A stretch of 64,000 bases of DNA from an uncultured Rhodopirellula sp. Its GTDB lineage: Bacteria > Planctomycetota > Planctomycetia > Pirellulales > Pirellulaceae. The stretch covers positions 1-64,000 of the forward strand of contig CAXGAI010000018.1 in the NCBI GenBank assembly GCA_964007735.1. The letters are read 5' to 3'. The notes beneath the pieces are model-generated. The model was not told the DNA's origin. It saw nothing but the letters and a program-made list of their open reading frames with translations, and searched no databases. Every line of letters begins with the position of its first letter. Positions within the stretch are counted from its first letter, which is position 1. The position numbers and the translations under genes are program-made. Positions 47,625 through 58,066 of this stretch are shown here, one piece after another.

Positions 47625-50135
47625 TTAATCGATGTAGAGGAATTCGTTGAGGTTGTAGGTCACCAGACAGAAATATTTCAAGGCGTCGTCATCTGAGACC
47701 CCAATCTTCTTTAGGTCAGCAATAAGGGTTTGCCCCCGTTGAATATCTTCCGCAGAGGGATTGCGCTGGGTGGTTTGCGTCAGGGCAAGTCTGATCTGCT
47801 CGCTGAGGTCGTCCGGTGCGTGTTGTTTTAGAAACTGGGAAAATTTACCAGCTTGTCGATTTGCAAATTCGCTATTCAGTAGTTGCAGCGATTGCGTAGG
47901 CTGTGTAGTTGTAAATCTTACGGGACAGCTGGAGTCGACATCGGCGAAGTCAAAATCCGCCATGAGTGGCTCTACGAGCGAACGCTTCACAAAAATGTAC
48001 ACCGCGCGTCGTGCCCGCTCTTCTTCCGGTGAATTCCCCCAACCTGCTCCGGGACGTGATTGTCCCTGTAGCACTTCCCGCGGGATAATTGGATAGAAAC
48101 TTGGCCCTCCCATTTTGAGATTCAGTGAACCATTTGCCGCAAGGATCGAGTCACGAACTTCTTCGCTCGATAGCCGGCGGGGATTGAACCGCCAGACCAG
48201 TCGATTGGCAGGGTCTTTCTCAACCCCTGATTCGATGGTGCTGGAACTTAATCGATAGGTTGAGGAGAGCATGATGAGTTTATGCATCCGCTTAATCTTC
48301 CATCCGCCTTCCATGAATTCCGTCGCAAGATAGTCGAGCAGTTCCGGGTTGGTTGGGTCGAGGCCGCCAGCGCCGAAATTGTTGGATGTTTCGACGATAC
48401 CTACGCCAAAGTGATGTTGCCATAGGCGGTTCGCCATGACTCGGGCCGTAAGAGGATTGTCGGGACTCGCAATCCATTCAGCAAGTGCAGTACGACGACC
48501 ACTGCTCTTACCGTGGGGCGAAGGATTGATGACCGGTTTAGGCGGAGACAGTACCGAAGGGAAGTTGGGTTCGACCTTATCACTTTCGGCATTAGCGTTA
48601 CCCCGAATCAGGACGAAGGTTTCTCGGGCTTGAGGGCCGACCTCTTTAATTACCAAAGTCTTGGCAATCTCGTCGGGACGCGTGTCGAGAATGACTTTGC
48701 GACGTTTTACGGCGGTCTCGTAGTCCTGAACCAGTTTTTCGCTAAGTCCTTTGCCTATATACTTTTTAGCGATGTCGACACGCACTTCAACTGCGCGGAA
48801 ATCTTCTTTTTCGGGGGGGCTCATTAGGCCTTGCAGACGGTTGTTGACATTGTTGATCTTGCCATCCACATCCCGTAGTTCACGGTCAAGTTGTTGCCGC
48901 ATTTCTGCCTGCATCGAGGCATCTGCATTCACTGCAATCGCACCGATCGATGCTGATTCGACAGTGTCATGACCCCGCACGCCGTATCGACGGAATCCGG
49001 AAAAGAATGCCAAAAAACTGTAGTAGTCTTTTTGTGGTATTGGGTCTAATTTGTGATCGTGACAGCGAGCACAGTTCATGGTCAGTCCAAGAAATACTTG
49101 CGACGTGGTGGCGATAATATCATCCAGGTCATCATAAAGTGCCTGCTTTTGGCTGACCGGTTCATCATCCCAGATTCCCAGGCGGTAATAACCAGTGGCT
49201 GTGATGGAATCTTCGGTGAGTTGTGCGAATTCGTCACCGGCAAGTTGCTCTTTAATGAACAAGTCGTAAGGCTTGTCTTCGTTAAAGCTCTTAATGACAT
49301 AATCTCGGAACCGCCATGCGAATGGTTTGGTACCGTCGCGTTCATAGCTGTTCGACTCAGCATATCGAACCAAATCCAGCCAGTGGCGTCCCCATTTTTC
49401 ACCGTATTGAGGGGAATTGAGCAGTTGATCGAGCAGCTTTTCATAGGCCTCAGGGTCATCACTCTGGACAAAATCGTTGACGGCCTTAACGGTTGGAGGC
49501 AAGCCGGTGAGATCGTAATAGGCGCGACGAATCAGATGAGACCTGTCGGCAGGTGATGTTGGTTGAATGCCCTCGGCTTCTAGTTTGGAAAGCACGAAAT
49601 TATCGATGGGGTTAGTGATCCACTTTCTGTTTTTAACTTTAGGTATCCCCGGGCTGGCGACCTTCTGGTGTTGCCAAAAGTTTTTGGTCTCTTCGTTGAC
49701 CTCGGTTTTGTAGGGACTGGCATGGTTTTCGGGTCGTGCGGCTTCCTGGTCATTTGGGATGAGCAGGCCATCATCGATCCATTTTGCGATGACGTCGATC
49801 TGATCCTGAGGCAGTTTGCCTTTCGGGGGCATTTCGTAGCCGTCGTAATTAAGTGCCTGAATCAATAAACTTTCTTTAGAATTGCCGACAATCGCGGACG
49901 GGCCGGTGTCACCACCTTTTAGGATGTCCGCTCGGTTACCCATAAAGAGGTTACCCTTGACACTTGAGCCGGGGCCATGACAGGCAAAACAATTGTTTAG
50001 CAGTATGGGTTGAACCTTCTCGATGTAGAACTTTACCTGCTCCGCCGTCAGTTGCTGTGGTGATTCTTTATCCTGAGCATTAACGGGCAGGCAGCCAAAA
50101 AGAAGGATTGCAAATAGGGGCAGTCGAAATAGCAC
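47625..50135 (-). CDS. Planctomycete cytochrome c + DUF1549 + DUF1553 protein
   Basis: NCFACH, YGEKWGRHWLDLVRY, CARCHDHK, PTNPELLDYLA. Confidence 0.94.
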   Translation of the reverse strand: MLFRLPLFAILLFGCLPVNAQDKESPQQLTAEQVKFYIEKVQPILLNNCFACHGPGSSVKGNLFMGNRADILKGGDTGPSAIVGNSKESLLIQALNYDGYEMPPKGKLPQDQIDVIAKWIDDGLLIPNDQEAARPENHASPYKTEVNEETKNFWQHQKVASPGIPKVKNRKWITNPIDNFVLSKLEAEGIQPTSPADRSHLIRRAYYDLTGLPPTVKAVNDFVQSDDPEAYEKLLDQLLNSPQYGEKWGRHWLDLVRYAESNSYERDGTKPFAWRFRDYVIKSFNEDKPYDLFIKEQLAGDEFAQLTEDSITATGYYRLGIWDDEPVSQKQALYDDLDDIIATTSQVFLGLTMNCARCHDHKLDPIPQKDYYSFLAFFSGFRRYGVRGHDTVESASIGAIAVNADASMQAEMRQQLDRELRDVDGKINNVNNRLQGLMSPPEKEDFRAVEVRVDIAKKYIGKGLSEKLVQDYETAVKRRKVILDTRPDEIAKTLVIKEVGPQARETFVLIRGNANAESDKVEPNFPSVLSPPKPVINPSPHGKSSGRRTALAEWIASPDNPLTARVMANRLWQHHFGVGIVETSNNFGAGGLDPTNPELLDYLATEFMEGGWKIKRMHKLIMLSSTYRLSSSTIESGVEKDPANRLVWRFNPRRLSSEEVRDSILAANGSLNLKMGGPSFYPIIPREVLQGQSRPGAGWGNSPEEERARRAVYIFVKRSLVEPLMADFDFADVDSSCPVRFTTTQPTQSLQLLNSEFANRQAGKFSQFLKQHAPDDLSEQIRLALTQTTQRNPSAEDIQRGQTLIADLKKIGVSDDDALKYFCLVTYNLNEFLYID

Positions 50136-50312
50136 TTATCTACCTGTTCTGTTTCTAAGTAGGGTTTTGTGAAGAAATAAAATCGGTGAGTGGATTGAAA
50201 GCAGTTGCGCTGTAAGTTACGGCGGCTACAGTGTAATAGTTCTCTATTTTAGGTGAAAGGCAGAAGTTCCGCTATATGAACCGAGCGACGTTCATCTCAA
50301 GAATTAATGCAT

Positions 50313-51272
50313 TCATGACTGTAAAACCTCTGGGTTTACCAGATTCTTGGGCTTTTCACCCTCCAGAATGGCTTTAATATCGTTTGCCATCCAGAGGTGG
50401 ATGGTATCGATGGCCTGCTTAGTTAACGAGGCTACATGGGGGGCAGTCAGAAAGTTGGGATGATTGAAGATGGGATGCGCAATATCGGCAGGTTCGGGAA
50501 CAAAAACGTCCAGACCCGCACCTGCCAGGCGGCCATCATTGAGCGCTTCTAAAACGGTATCAAGACTATCAATGGCTTCCCCGCGGCTGAGGTTGATTAG
50601 GTAACTACCAGATTGGAGGTGCTGAAGGTTTCTCTCATTGATTATCCCCTCGGTTTCAGGGGTGAGTACCGTGTGCAGGCTGATATATTTTGCTCGTTGA
50701 ATGAGCTCATCCAGAGAAACCAGTTCAACGCCCAAGTCAGTGGCAGTCTCTGGGGTTGTATAGGGATCGCAGGCCAGAATCTTCATGTCGAATGGGGTTG
50801 CAAGCCGAGCCAATTGCTGGCCAATGTTGCCAAACCCGACGATCCCTAGTGTCGCCCCTTCGAGGTCGTCGTTCATTGAATCATAACGCGAATTCCACTG
50901 GTTTGCTTTTGTTTGGCTATCCCAGTAGATGACGCGTTTTGCCAGAGATAAAAGAAAGGCCATTGCCGCTTCGGCCACAGCTCGCGAATTAGCGCCGGGG
51001 GTAAATACGACGGGGATGCCCCGTGCAGTGGCCGATGCTATGTCGATATTGTTAATGCCGACACCAGTACGCCCAATGACTTTTAAATTGCTCGCCGAGT
51101 TAATAACGTTTGCGGTGATTTGAGCGACCCCTCGAACGATGATAACCTCAGCATCTGCAGCCAAGCGGACGAGTGTCTCTTCTTTATCGTCAGATGCGGT
51201 GATGATTTCACCATAGGGGGAGAGAATGTTGAGAGCTGTTTGGTCGATGGGAGCCGTTGCAAGGATTTTCAT
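50313..51272 (-). CDS. D-isomer-specific 2-hydroxyacid dehydrogenase (SerA-like, no ACT domain)
   Basis: GVGINNID, AVAE, GIVGFGNIG, INLSRG, AGLDVFVPEP, APHVA. Confidence 0.92.
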   Translation of the reverse strand: MKILATAPIDQTALNILSPYGEIITASDDKEETLVRLAADAEVIIVRGVAQITANVINSASNLKVIGRTGVGINNIDIASATARGIPVVFTPGANSRAVAEAAMAFLLSLAKRVIYWDSQTKANQWNSRYDSMNDDLEGATLGIVGFGNIGQQLARLATPFDMKILACDPYTTPETATDLGVELVSLDELIQRAKYISLHTVLTPETEGIINERNLQHLQSGSYLINLSRGEAIDSLDTVLEALNDGRLAGAGLDVFVPEPADIAHPIFNHPNFLTAPHVASLTKQAIDTIHLWMANDIKAILEGEKPKNLVNPEVLQS

Positions 51273-51328
51273 GAAGATGTGGAACCTCGTAGTTGCCGCT
51301 TTATGGTGATACGGTGATTGTTGTCCTT

Positions 51329-51334
51329 TATAAT
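51329..51334 (+). promoter_or_regulatory. Consensus -10 element for the esterase gene
   Basis: TATAAT about 41 nt upstream of ATG 51376 in a divergent intergenic gap. Confidence 0.45.
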
Positions 51335-51375
51335 GCTAACAAGAAATTCCTCTGAGCTACAAAGGTAATGTAGAG

Positions 51376-53400
51376 ATGGCTAATCAGGATATCGCTCAAA
51401 AGTCGCTTGAGTTTCTCGGATTTATTAGGCAGCAGGCTCGTGAACTGGCTTCCGGACATAAGTTACCGAAGAATCTCACAGAATGGCAAAATCAGCGTAA
51501 ACACCTTCGGCAATCATTAATTAAGGCTGTGGGAGGATTTCCGGCGAAGAAGTGTGAGTTAGCTCCTCATACGGTGGGAAATTTAGCGTTTGATGGCTAT
51601 ACCGTGGAAAAGGTGGTACTCCAAACAATCCCGGGCGTGATGATGACTACTAATGTATACCGTCCCCAAGGGAAGGGACCTTTTCCCGCAGTCCTGTGTG
51701 TTCATGGACATTGGCCAGGGGCGAAGCAGGATCCCACGGTACAAGCACGTTGTATCGGATTGGTAAAATTGGGTTTTCTTGTGCTGGCTGTGGATGCATT
51801 GGGAGCGGGTGAGCGAGGCGTGGATCAGGCGTTGGGCGAGTACCATGGAGAGATGACGGCCGCCACGCTCTATGCGACGGGGCGTTCGTTGGCTGGAATC
51901 CAAATTTACGAGAATATGCGTTGCGCTGATTATCTGCAAAGCCGCCGCGACGTCGACAGCAACAATCTCGCCATTACCGGTACGAGCGGCGGTGGTAATC
52001 AAACCATGTATGCCGGGGCTCTTGAGGAACGCTTTAAGGCGGTCATTCCTGTCTGTAGCGTGGGGAATTATCAAGCCTATCTAGGGGTGGCATGCTGTAT
52101 GTGTGAACTTCTACCGGGCGCTTTAGCCTTTACCGAAGAGTGGGGTGTCCTTGGATTAGTCGCCCCCCGTGGTTTGATGGTGATCAATGCAACCCAGGAT
52201 GCAGTCCAGTTCTCTGTCGCTGAAGCCAAGAAGAGTCTCACGGGGGCACAGGCCGTCTTTAAACAATTTGGCAAGCCAGAAAATGTGAAACACGTCATCG
52301 TAGAGTCCAAGCACGATTATAATCAGCCGATGCGTGAAGCCATGTATGGCTGGGTGACTTTACACTTGAAGGGTGAGGGAGATGGCAGCCCAATTGCTGA
52401 GCCACCAGTGAAAACCGTTGATAGCGAGATGCTACGCTGCTTTCAGCAAGGTGGGCGGCCTGTAGAATTCCAGACGGTCCCCATGTTGGCAAAACGCTTT
52501 GCCACACAAATGGTAAGCAAGCAGGTGAAACCACTTCACAAAGAGCACTGGGAGGCTCAACGCATTCTAAAGCTCGGAATGCTCCGGCGTTATGTAGGTA
52601 AACAATCGGGGCGAGTTGAACTCCGGGATGAGATAGCAGTCGCTGAGACAGAGCATGGAGAGAGTTTGGAATTTGAAATTTCGCCGGAGCAGGGAGTGAG
52701 TTGTGGTTTCAAATGGAGTAAAGGTTCTTTGCGTGGAGAAGCGGCGGAAAACATCATTATCTCCTCCGCACTGGTAGGCGGTGGTCTTTCCGAAAAGGAG
52801 CGTAACTGGTGTCTCGAAAACCGAATAGATGTTTTGGAGGTGACTTTACGAGCGACGGGTCGTTACGAGCCAGAAAATAACACGATTGGACACGCATTAG
52901 ATCACAATGCCGCTCAATGGGCGGCGTGGATTGGCCGGCCTTTAGCGGGGCAGTGGGTCAAGGACTTTCAGGCAGCCCTAGCCTGGGTTATCGCGATATA
53001 TGAGACACCTCCGGAGATCACTATGGTGTCGCGAGGGGCTGCCGTTGTTCCGGCTTTGCTGACAACGGCAATGCAGTCACGTATTAGTCGTTTGGTAGCA
53101 ATCGATCCTCCGCTAACACTTGTCAGTGATCGCAAGTATGGTGAAGGACAGTTGGGAGCGATTTTTCCCGGAATGCTTGCAGAGTTAGGCGACATCGGCC
53201 AATTGTTTTCGCTTGTCGCGCCAAGACCGAGTTGGGTGATTGCAGGAAAGAACATGCAAGCGGAAATGCTGGAACGCAAGGAGCTAATTCATTCCCTCTC
53301 CTTCGCCGCTTCCATTTATAAGGTGATGGATTCCCGGGAATTGCATGTGCTTTCAGAAACGGCCAGGGAAGTCTGGCTGGAACGGGTGTTTGGCAGCTAA
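51376..53400 (+). CDS. Acetylxylan-esterase-like alpha/beta hydrolase with a second, degenerate hydrolase domain
   Basis: PAVLCVHGH, GAGER, GTSGGG nucleophile elbow, LVAPRGL, KHDY. A second LVAPRP motif occurs near the C-terminus. Confidence 0.82.
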   Translation: MANQDIAQKSLEFLGFIRQQARELASGHKLPKNLTEWQNQRKHLRQSLIKAVGGFPAKKCELAPHTVGNLAFDGYTVEKVVLQTIPGVMMTTNVYRPQGKGPFPAVLCVHGHWPGAKQDPTVQARCIGLVKLGFLVLAVDALGAGERGVDQALGEYHGEMTAATLYATGRSLAGIQIYENMRCADYLQSRRDVDSNNLAITGTSGGGNQTMYAGALEERFKAVIPVCSVGNYQAYLGVACCMCELLPGALAFTEEWGVLGLVAPRGLMVINATQDAVQFSVAEAKKSLTGAQAVFKQFGKPENVKHVIVESKHDYNQPMREAMYGWVTLHLKGEGDGSPIAEPPVKTVDSEMLRCFQQGGRPVEFQTVPMLAKRFATQMVSKQVKPLHKEHWEAQRILKLGMLRRYVGKQSGRVELRDEIAVAETEHGESLEFEISPEQGVSCGFKWSKGSLRGEAAENIIISSALVGGGLSEKERNWCLENRIDVLEVTLRATGRYEPENNTIGHALDHNAAQWAAWIGRPLAGQWVKDFQAALAWVIAIYETPPEITMVSRGAAVVPALLTTAMQSRISRLVAIDPPLTLVSDRKYGEGQLGAIFPGMLAELGDIGQLFSLVAPRPSWVIAGKNMQAEMLERKELIHSLSFAASIYKVMDSRELHVLSETAREVWLERVFGS

Positions 53401-53471
53401 AAATATTTACTTCGCGAAGGATCTTTTCCTAGAATAAGGCTTGGAAATGCAATCACAGCTGGGATGTATAA

Positions 53472-54848
53472 ATGCCTGATCTAATTTCAAATACTTCGGA
53501 AGCCTTTGCCAGGCGCGATGTCTTGCGTCTGGGCGGGCTTATGGGGTTAGGCCTCACGCTTCCACAGTTACTGGAACAACGAGCATTCGCAGGTAAACGT
53601 TCTGCGTACGGTAAAGCGAAGCGGGTCATTATGTTGTTTTTGCATGGTGGTCACCCACAGCAGGAAACGTTTGACCCCAAGCCGGATGGGCCGGAAGATG
53701 TTCGCGGTCCCTTTAGGGCAATTTCCACGACGGTACCGGGAACTAAGTTCTGTGAATTGCTGCCAAAAATCGCAAGTCACGCTGGCTCACTCGCTATTGT
53801 TCGCAGTATGACTCACGGAAATACAAATCATGTTCAGGCGTGTTTGCCGGCTCAGACAGGTCATAAGCACTCTTCGGCGTTACGTTCCCGTGGTGATTTT
53901 CCACCAAGTGATACGGACTTCCCACCGATAGGTGCTGTCATCGATCATCTGCGTGGAAGTGGTAGTAGCCTCCCGGCGTGGGTTCGAATCGGCCCGTTGA
54001 TGCGACGCAGTAACGGTACAACCTTGCACGGCCAAACCCCCGGGTTTCTAGGTGCCGCCCATTCGAGTTTTGCCGTTGACCAAAAATTGCTGGGTGAAGA
54101 TGTCCAAATTGAGGCGTTAAAAAATCCCTTGGGCCTCGACGATATCCGTCTTACGGAGCGGGCGAATCTGCGTCGCCAATTTAATTCGTACACGAAGCAG
54201 TTACAAGAATTAGGAGAGACAAAAAAATTGGCTCCCTATTTTGAGCGGGCGGTGTCGTTGCTCGCCAGTAATAAGACCAAAGCGGCCTTCGATCTGGCTC
54301 AGGAGAAACCTGAACTGCGGGAAGCCTATGGTAAGACAGAATTTGGACAGCGTTGCCTGCTTGCTCGTCGACTCATTGAAGCAGGCGTTCCGATGGTGAA
54401 TGTGAGCTATTGTCATACCCCGTCGGGTTCATGGGACACGCACTCCCAAAATGCTAAAAAGATGAAGGAGAGTCTGGCGCCAACGCTGGATCAGTCCGTG
54501 GCAGCTCTCCTTACAGATCTGCAGCAACGAGGGATGTTGGATGAGACGTTGGTCGTAATCAATGCCGAGTTTGGGCGCACGCCAAAAATCAACAAAAATC
54601 TGGGCCGTGACCATTGGCCCTTCGTCTATTCGCTGGCCCTGGCGGGAGCTGGGGTACAGGGAGGAGCGGTGTACGGCAAGTCGGACAAATCTGCGGCCTA
54701 TCCTTTGGAGAATCCTCGTGACCCTGCGGATATGGCAGCCACAATTTACCATTTACTTGGTGTTTCTCCGGCAACGAGGGTTTACGATTCTGCTGGACGA
54801 CCTCATTCTCTGGTGGTCGGTTCCCCGATTGAAGAGTTACTTTCGTAA
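53472..54848 (+). CDS. DUF1501 family protein
   Basis: ARRDVL, LHGGHPQQETFDPKP, WDTH, AEFGRTP, GRDHWP. Confidence 0.95.
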   Translation: MPDLISNTSEAFARRDVLRLGGLMGLGLTLPQLLEQRAFAGKRSAYGKAKRVIMLFLHGGHPQQETFDPKPDGPEDVRGPFRAISTTVPGTKFCELLPKIASHAGSLAIVRSMTHGNTNHVQACLPAQTGHKHSSALRSRGDFPPSDTDFPPIGAVIDHLRGSGSSLPAWVRIGPLMRRSNGTTLHGQTPGFLGAAHSSFAVDQKLLGEDVQIEALKNPLGLDDIRLTERANLRRQFNSYTKQLQELGETKKLAPYFERAVSLLASNKTKAAFDLAQEKPELREAYGKTEFGQRCLLARRLIEAGVPMVNVSYCHTPSGSWDTHSQNAKKMKESLAPTLDQSVAALLTDLQQRGMLDETLVVINAEFGRTPKINKNLGRDHWPFVYSLALAGAGVQGGAVYGKSDKSAAYPLENPRDPADMAATIYHLLGVSPATRVYDSAGRPHSLVVGSPIEELLS

Positions 54849-56504
54849 CTTTAATTCCATCAGACGTACATCCATGATCGCAACTTTAGCCTTCTTGATT
54901 GGGCGGATGTCGATGTTGTAGACTCCCGGCTTGTCGAACTGGAATTGGCCGATGGTGCGTGGCTTGAAGTTCTGGAAATGTCCCGTGTCTTCCACAATAA
55001 ACTTAATCACCTGCTCGGCGGATTTTATCGCGACTTCACTCCCTCCGTGGCCTTTTCCACAGCCTTGGTGGATCGTTAGGTCATAAGTACCAGGCGTTTC
55101 TACGTAGATCCTCCAACGACACCAATCCTCCGGATTAACCCAGTAACCGATGGTGTTTTTGTGGGGCTGCGGCTCGAATCGAAGTTTCTCTCCGTAGGTC
55201 TCCGCAAAATGAGCGTTAAGATTGATGTCGCCAGCTCCCTGCTGGGCAACGACGCTCGGTAAAGATCCCAGAACGGCCGGATCGAGCAGTTCCATAACAA
55301 TTTCAGCGTCCGGTCTAGTCCCGGAAGGGATTGCGATATCCCAGTGTTCGATTTCAGGTGTGACTTTGAGTGGAGTCTTTTCAGGGTCACCCTTCAGGTA
55401 GGTTGTTCCAATACGAGCGTGATATCGAGGAATGGATACTTTTCCATTCTGTCGAGCCGTGGTGGACAGTAGAAGATGTTCGTGGTGGTTGGTGATAGTG
55501 GTTATGTTTTCTCCGTCCTGTAGGGGGCGCGTTGCAAGTTCAGCTTTTAAATCCCATGCAAATAGCCGTGCAGCGTCGTCGGCGAGAGGGTAAAACCATG
55601 GGCCGCTATTCCAGCATCCATGTAAACCGAATCTGTACACGTGTAAGCGGGACGGGATACCAAGTTTGGTCAATGCCTGGCGAGAGGCAATGTTTCGCTC
55701 GGGTGAATCGTGTTCACCAAGCAGGAAATGGATGGGGCTAGTCTGTGCGTTGATGTGATAAAGAGGGGAGGCCAGCTTGTAGGCTGCAGGATCTTCGGCT
55801 ACCGTTTTTCCGATCCATTTATTCGCGTTTGATTGCGCCGGCATGTTTAGACTTTTTTCTGCTACCGGACCGGTGAGGAGATCCAGCGGTCCTGCTAGGA
55901 CGATAGCCGACTGTAGGGCCGAACTATAGTCGCCATGGGCAGTTCCCAGCAATGCGGTGTTAGAACCTGAGGTTGCCATTAGACCTACGAGATGGCCGCC
56001 GGCTGATCCACCTATGGCGCCAATGCGAGTGGGATCGATGGAGTATTGTTGTGACGATTTGCGGAGAAATCGCGTGGCTGTGTTGCAGTCCTGAATCGCG
56101 GCGGGAAAAAGTGCCTCAGTGCCCAGACGATATTCGATAGCGGCAGTTACATAGCCATATTGTGCGAGATAACGAGCGAGCGGGTGAAACTTTTCCTTGC
56201 TACCTTTAAGCCACCCACCGCCATGGATGACCATGATCACGGCGGCCTTGTTAGCGGTTTTGGGTTGGAAAATATCCATATGAAGATTGCGATCACCAAT
56301 CTTGCTATAAACGACATTTTTATGGACCACTAAATAATCGGATTCTGCTACGAGGCTGGTGGCCGGTTGTTGTCGAAGGTTTCGCTGTTTTAATTCCCCG
56401 GCAACCTTACTCTTCATTTGTTGGCTTACCTGGCCCGAGGCGGTAAGGACCGTCGAAAGCAGGACTGGAATTGCAAGCAATAGAATATGGCGAATTTTAC
56501 TCAT
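54837..56504 (-). CDS. Secreted alpha/beta-hydrolase (HSL/BD-FAE-like esterase) with C-terminal CBM-like beta-sandwich
   Basis: IHGGGW, EYRL, GGSAGGHL, Asp/His positions; C-terminal NTIGYW...PGTYDL...DTGHFQNF beta-sandwich. Confidence 0.85.
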   Translation of the reverse strand: MSKIRHILLLAIPVLLSTVLTASGQVSQQMKSKVAGELKQRNLRQQPATSLVAESDYLVVHKNVVYSKIGDRNLHMDIFQPKTANKAAVIMVIHGGGWLKGSKEKFHPLARYLAQYGYVTAAIEYRLGTEALFPAAIQDCNTATRFLRKSSQQYSIDPTRIGAIGGSAGGHLVGLMATSGSNTALLGTAHGDYSSALQSAIVLAGPLDLLTGPVAEKSLNMPAQSNANKWIGKTVAEDPAAYKLASPLYHINAQTSPIHFLLGEHDSPERNIASRQALTKLGIPSRLHVYRFGLHGCWNSGPWFYPLADDAARLFAWDLKAELATRPLQDGENITTITNHHEHLLLSTTARQNGKVSIPRYHARIGTTYLKGDPEKTPLKVTPEIEHWDIAIPSGTRPDAEIVMELLDPAVLGSLPSVVAQQGAGDINLNAHFAETYGEKLRFEPQPHKNTIGYWVNPEDWCRWRIYVETPGTYDLTIHQGCGKGHGGSEVAIKSAEQVIKFIVEDTGHFQNFKPRTIGQFQFDKPGVYNIDIRPIKKAKVAIMDVRLMELKLRK

Positions 56505-56566
56505 GGGATCTTTTAACGTCTTAAACGCAGGTTCAACGGGTGAGTTAAGCTGGTAGTATACTACAG

Positions 56567-57943
56567 TTGTTAGCGGTAATGTTTTACAGAAGATTGTTGG
56601 AGCTAAAATTGGTGCATTGTCAGGACTTAAACCTCTGGATTCGTATTTTTGTGGCGTGTGTTTTATTGGGAAGTTCTACGCAACTGTTAGGTGATGAAGA
56701 ATATGATCCAACGTCGTTGGAAGCTTTGCGTTCCGGAATGCCCGATCCGGCCATCGTAGAGGCCCACGATGGTTCCGGATTTTATGTTTTTACGACCGGT
56801 CACGGTGTAAAGATCTTTCATTCCGAAGATCTTAAGCACTGGAAACTAATCGGCCGGGTCTTTGACAGACATGTCCCTCAATGGGCGGAAGATGCCGTGC
56901 CGGGATGTGACGGGATCTGGGCTCCGGACGTTCAATACTTCAATGGACGGTATTACTTGTATTACAGTGTTTCGACGTTTGGTAGCCAACGTAGTGTGAT
57001 TGGCTTAGCGACCTCGAAATCAGTGAATCCTGAAAGCGAAGACTATGAATGGAAGGATCAGGGGTTGGTGGTAGAATCGTTTCCCGAAAAAAGCGACTTT
57101 AATGCGATTGATCCTGCCGTGTTTGCAGACAAAAATGGCAAGGCCTATCTGTATTGGGGATCCTATTGGACAGGATTGAAAGGGATCGAGATTAATCCTC
57201 AGACCGGGAAACCACCCATCGCGGACCGTTTGGAATACAAAGCATTAGCGCAACGAACTGATAGGGGGTTCCCTACTAATATTGAAGCACCTTTTGTAGT
57301 ACAGCACGACGAATACTATTACCTGATGGCTTCCTGGGACTTTTGTTGTGCCGGTGAAGATAGCACCTATAAAGTCGTGGTTGGCCGTAGTAAAACGGCG
57401 TTAGGACCTTTTCTGGATCGTCAGGGACGGTCGATGAATGAAGGCGGTGGCGAGATAGTGCTTGCCAGCGATGTGCGTTGGCGGGGGCCTGGCCACAACA
57501 GTTTCCTACAAAGTTCTGAGGGGGACTATTTGGTACACCATGTTTACGATGCCGAACGTGTGCGAAAGGGTAGGATCCTACAGGTTCGCGGTGTGGAGTG
57601 GACCAAAGATGGTTGGTTTAAAGTGGGCAGTCCGTTACTGGATCCGGCTTCGTTGCAACGCAATAAAAAGTTATCTCCTTTGGTGGGGCCCTGGACTCAT
57701 GTCGTAAATGAGAAAGATACTTACCGCATCTTTTTCGAAGTGTCAGGTGAGATATCCGGTACGGCAGGTGAATCGTACTGGCAGTTGGAAGGCCGTAAAC
57801 TAACTCTAAAGTGGTTGGATCCCCAAGCTCCAAACGGAGCATGGGTTGACGAAGTTATTTTGAGCCCCAACGCTAAAACCTATTATGGTAAGAACCAAAA
57901 TGGGGTAGTCATTGAAGGAACGAAGCGGTTTCGGAAAGACTAG
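56567..57943 (+). CDS. GH43 glycoside hydrolase (endo-arabinanase-like) with C-terminal extension
   Basis: PDP, WAPDV, YYSVSTFG, NAIDP, IEAP, GPGHNS. Start codon uncertain. Confidence 0.9.
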   Translation: MLAVMFYRRLLELKLVHCQDLNLWIRIFVACVLLGSSTQLLGDEEYDPTSLEALRSGMPDPAIVEAHDGSGFYVFTTGHGVKIFHSEDLKHWKLIGRVFDRHVPQWAEDAVPGCDGIWAPDVQYFNGRYYLYYSVSTFGSQRSVIGLATSKSVNPESEDYEWKDQGLVVESFPEKSDFNAIDPAVFADKNGKAYLYWGSYWTGLKGIEINPQTGKPPIADRLEYKALAQRTDRGFPTNIEAPFVVQHDEYYYLMASWDFCCAGEDSTYKVVVGRSKTALGPFLDRQGRSMNEGGGEIVLASDVRWRGPGHNSFLQSSEGDYLVHHVYDAERVRKGRILQVRGVEWTKDGWFKVGSPLLDPASLQRNKKLSPLVGPWTHVVNEKDTYRIFFEVSGEISGTAGESYWQLEGRKLTLKWLDPQAPNGAWVDEVILSPNAKTYYGKNQNGVVIEGTKRFRKD

Positions 57944-58066
57944 GATAAAAAGGCAGCTTCGTCGATTCACCAGCTTGACTGATGAATCGCTACAGCATTT
58001 CCCTTTTAGTTTCGTTAGGATAGTCAGTGTATACAGACGCGTCGACACAACTTTGGAGCTCAAGCA

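Noticed and set aside
57963..57989. Imperfect hairpin after the GH43 gene
   Set aside because: The stem is mismatched and has no adjacent U-tract, so it is not called as a terminator.
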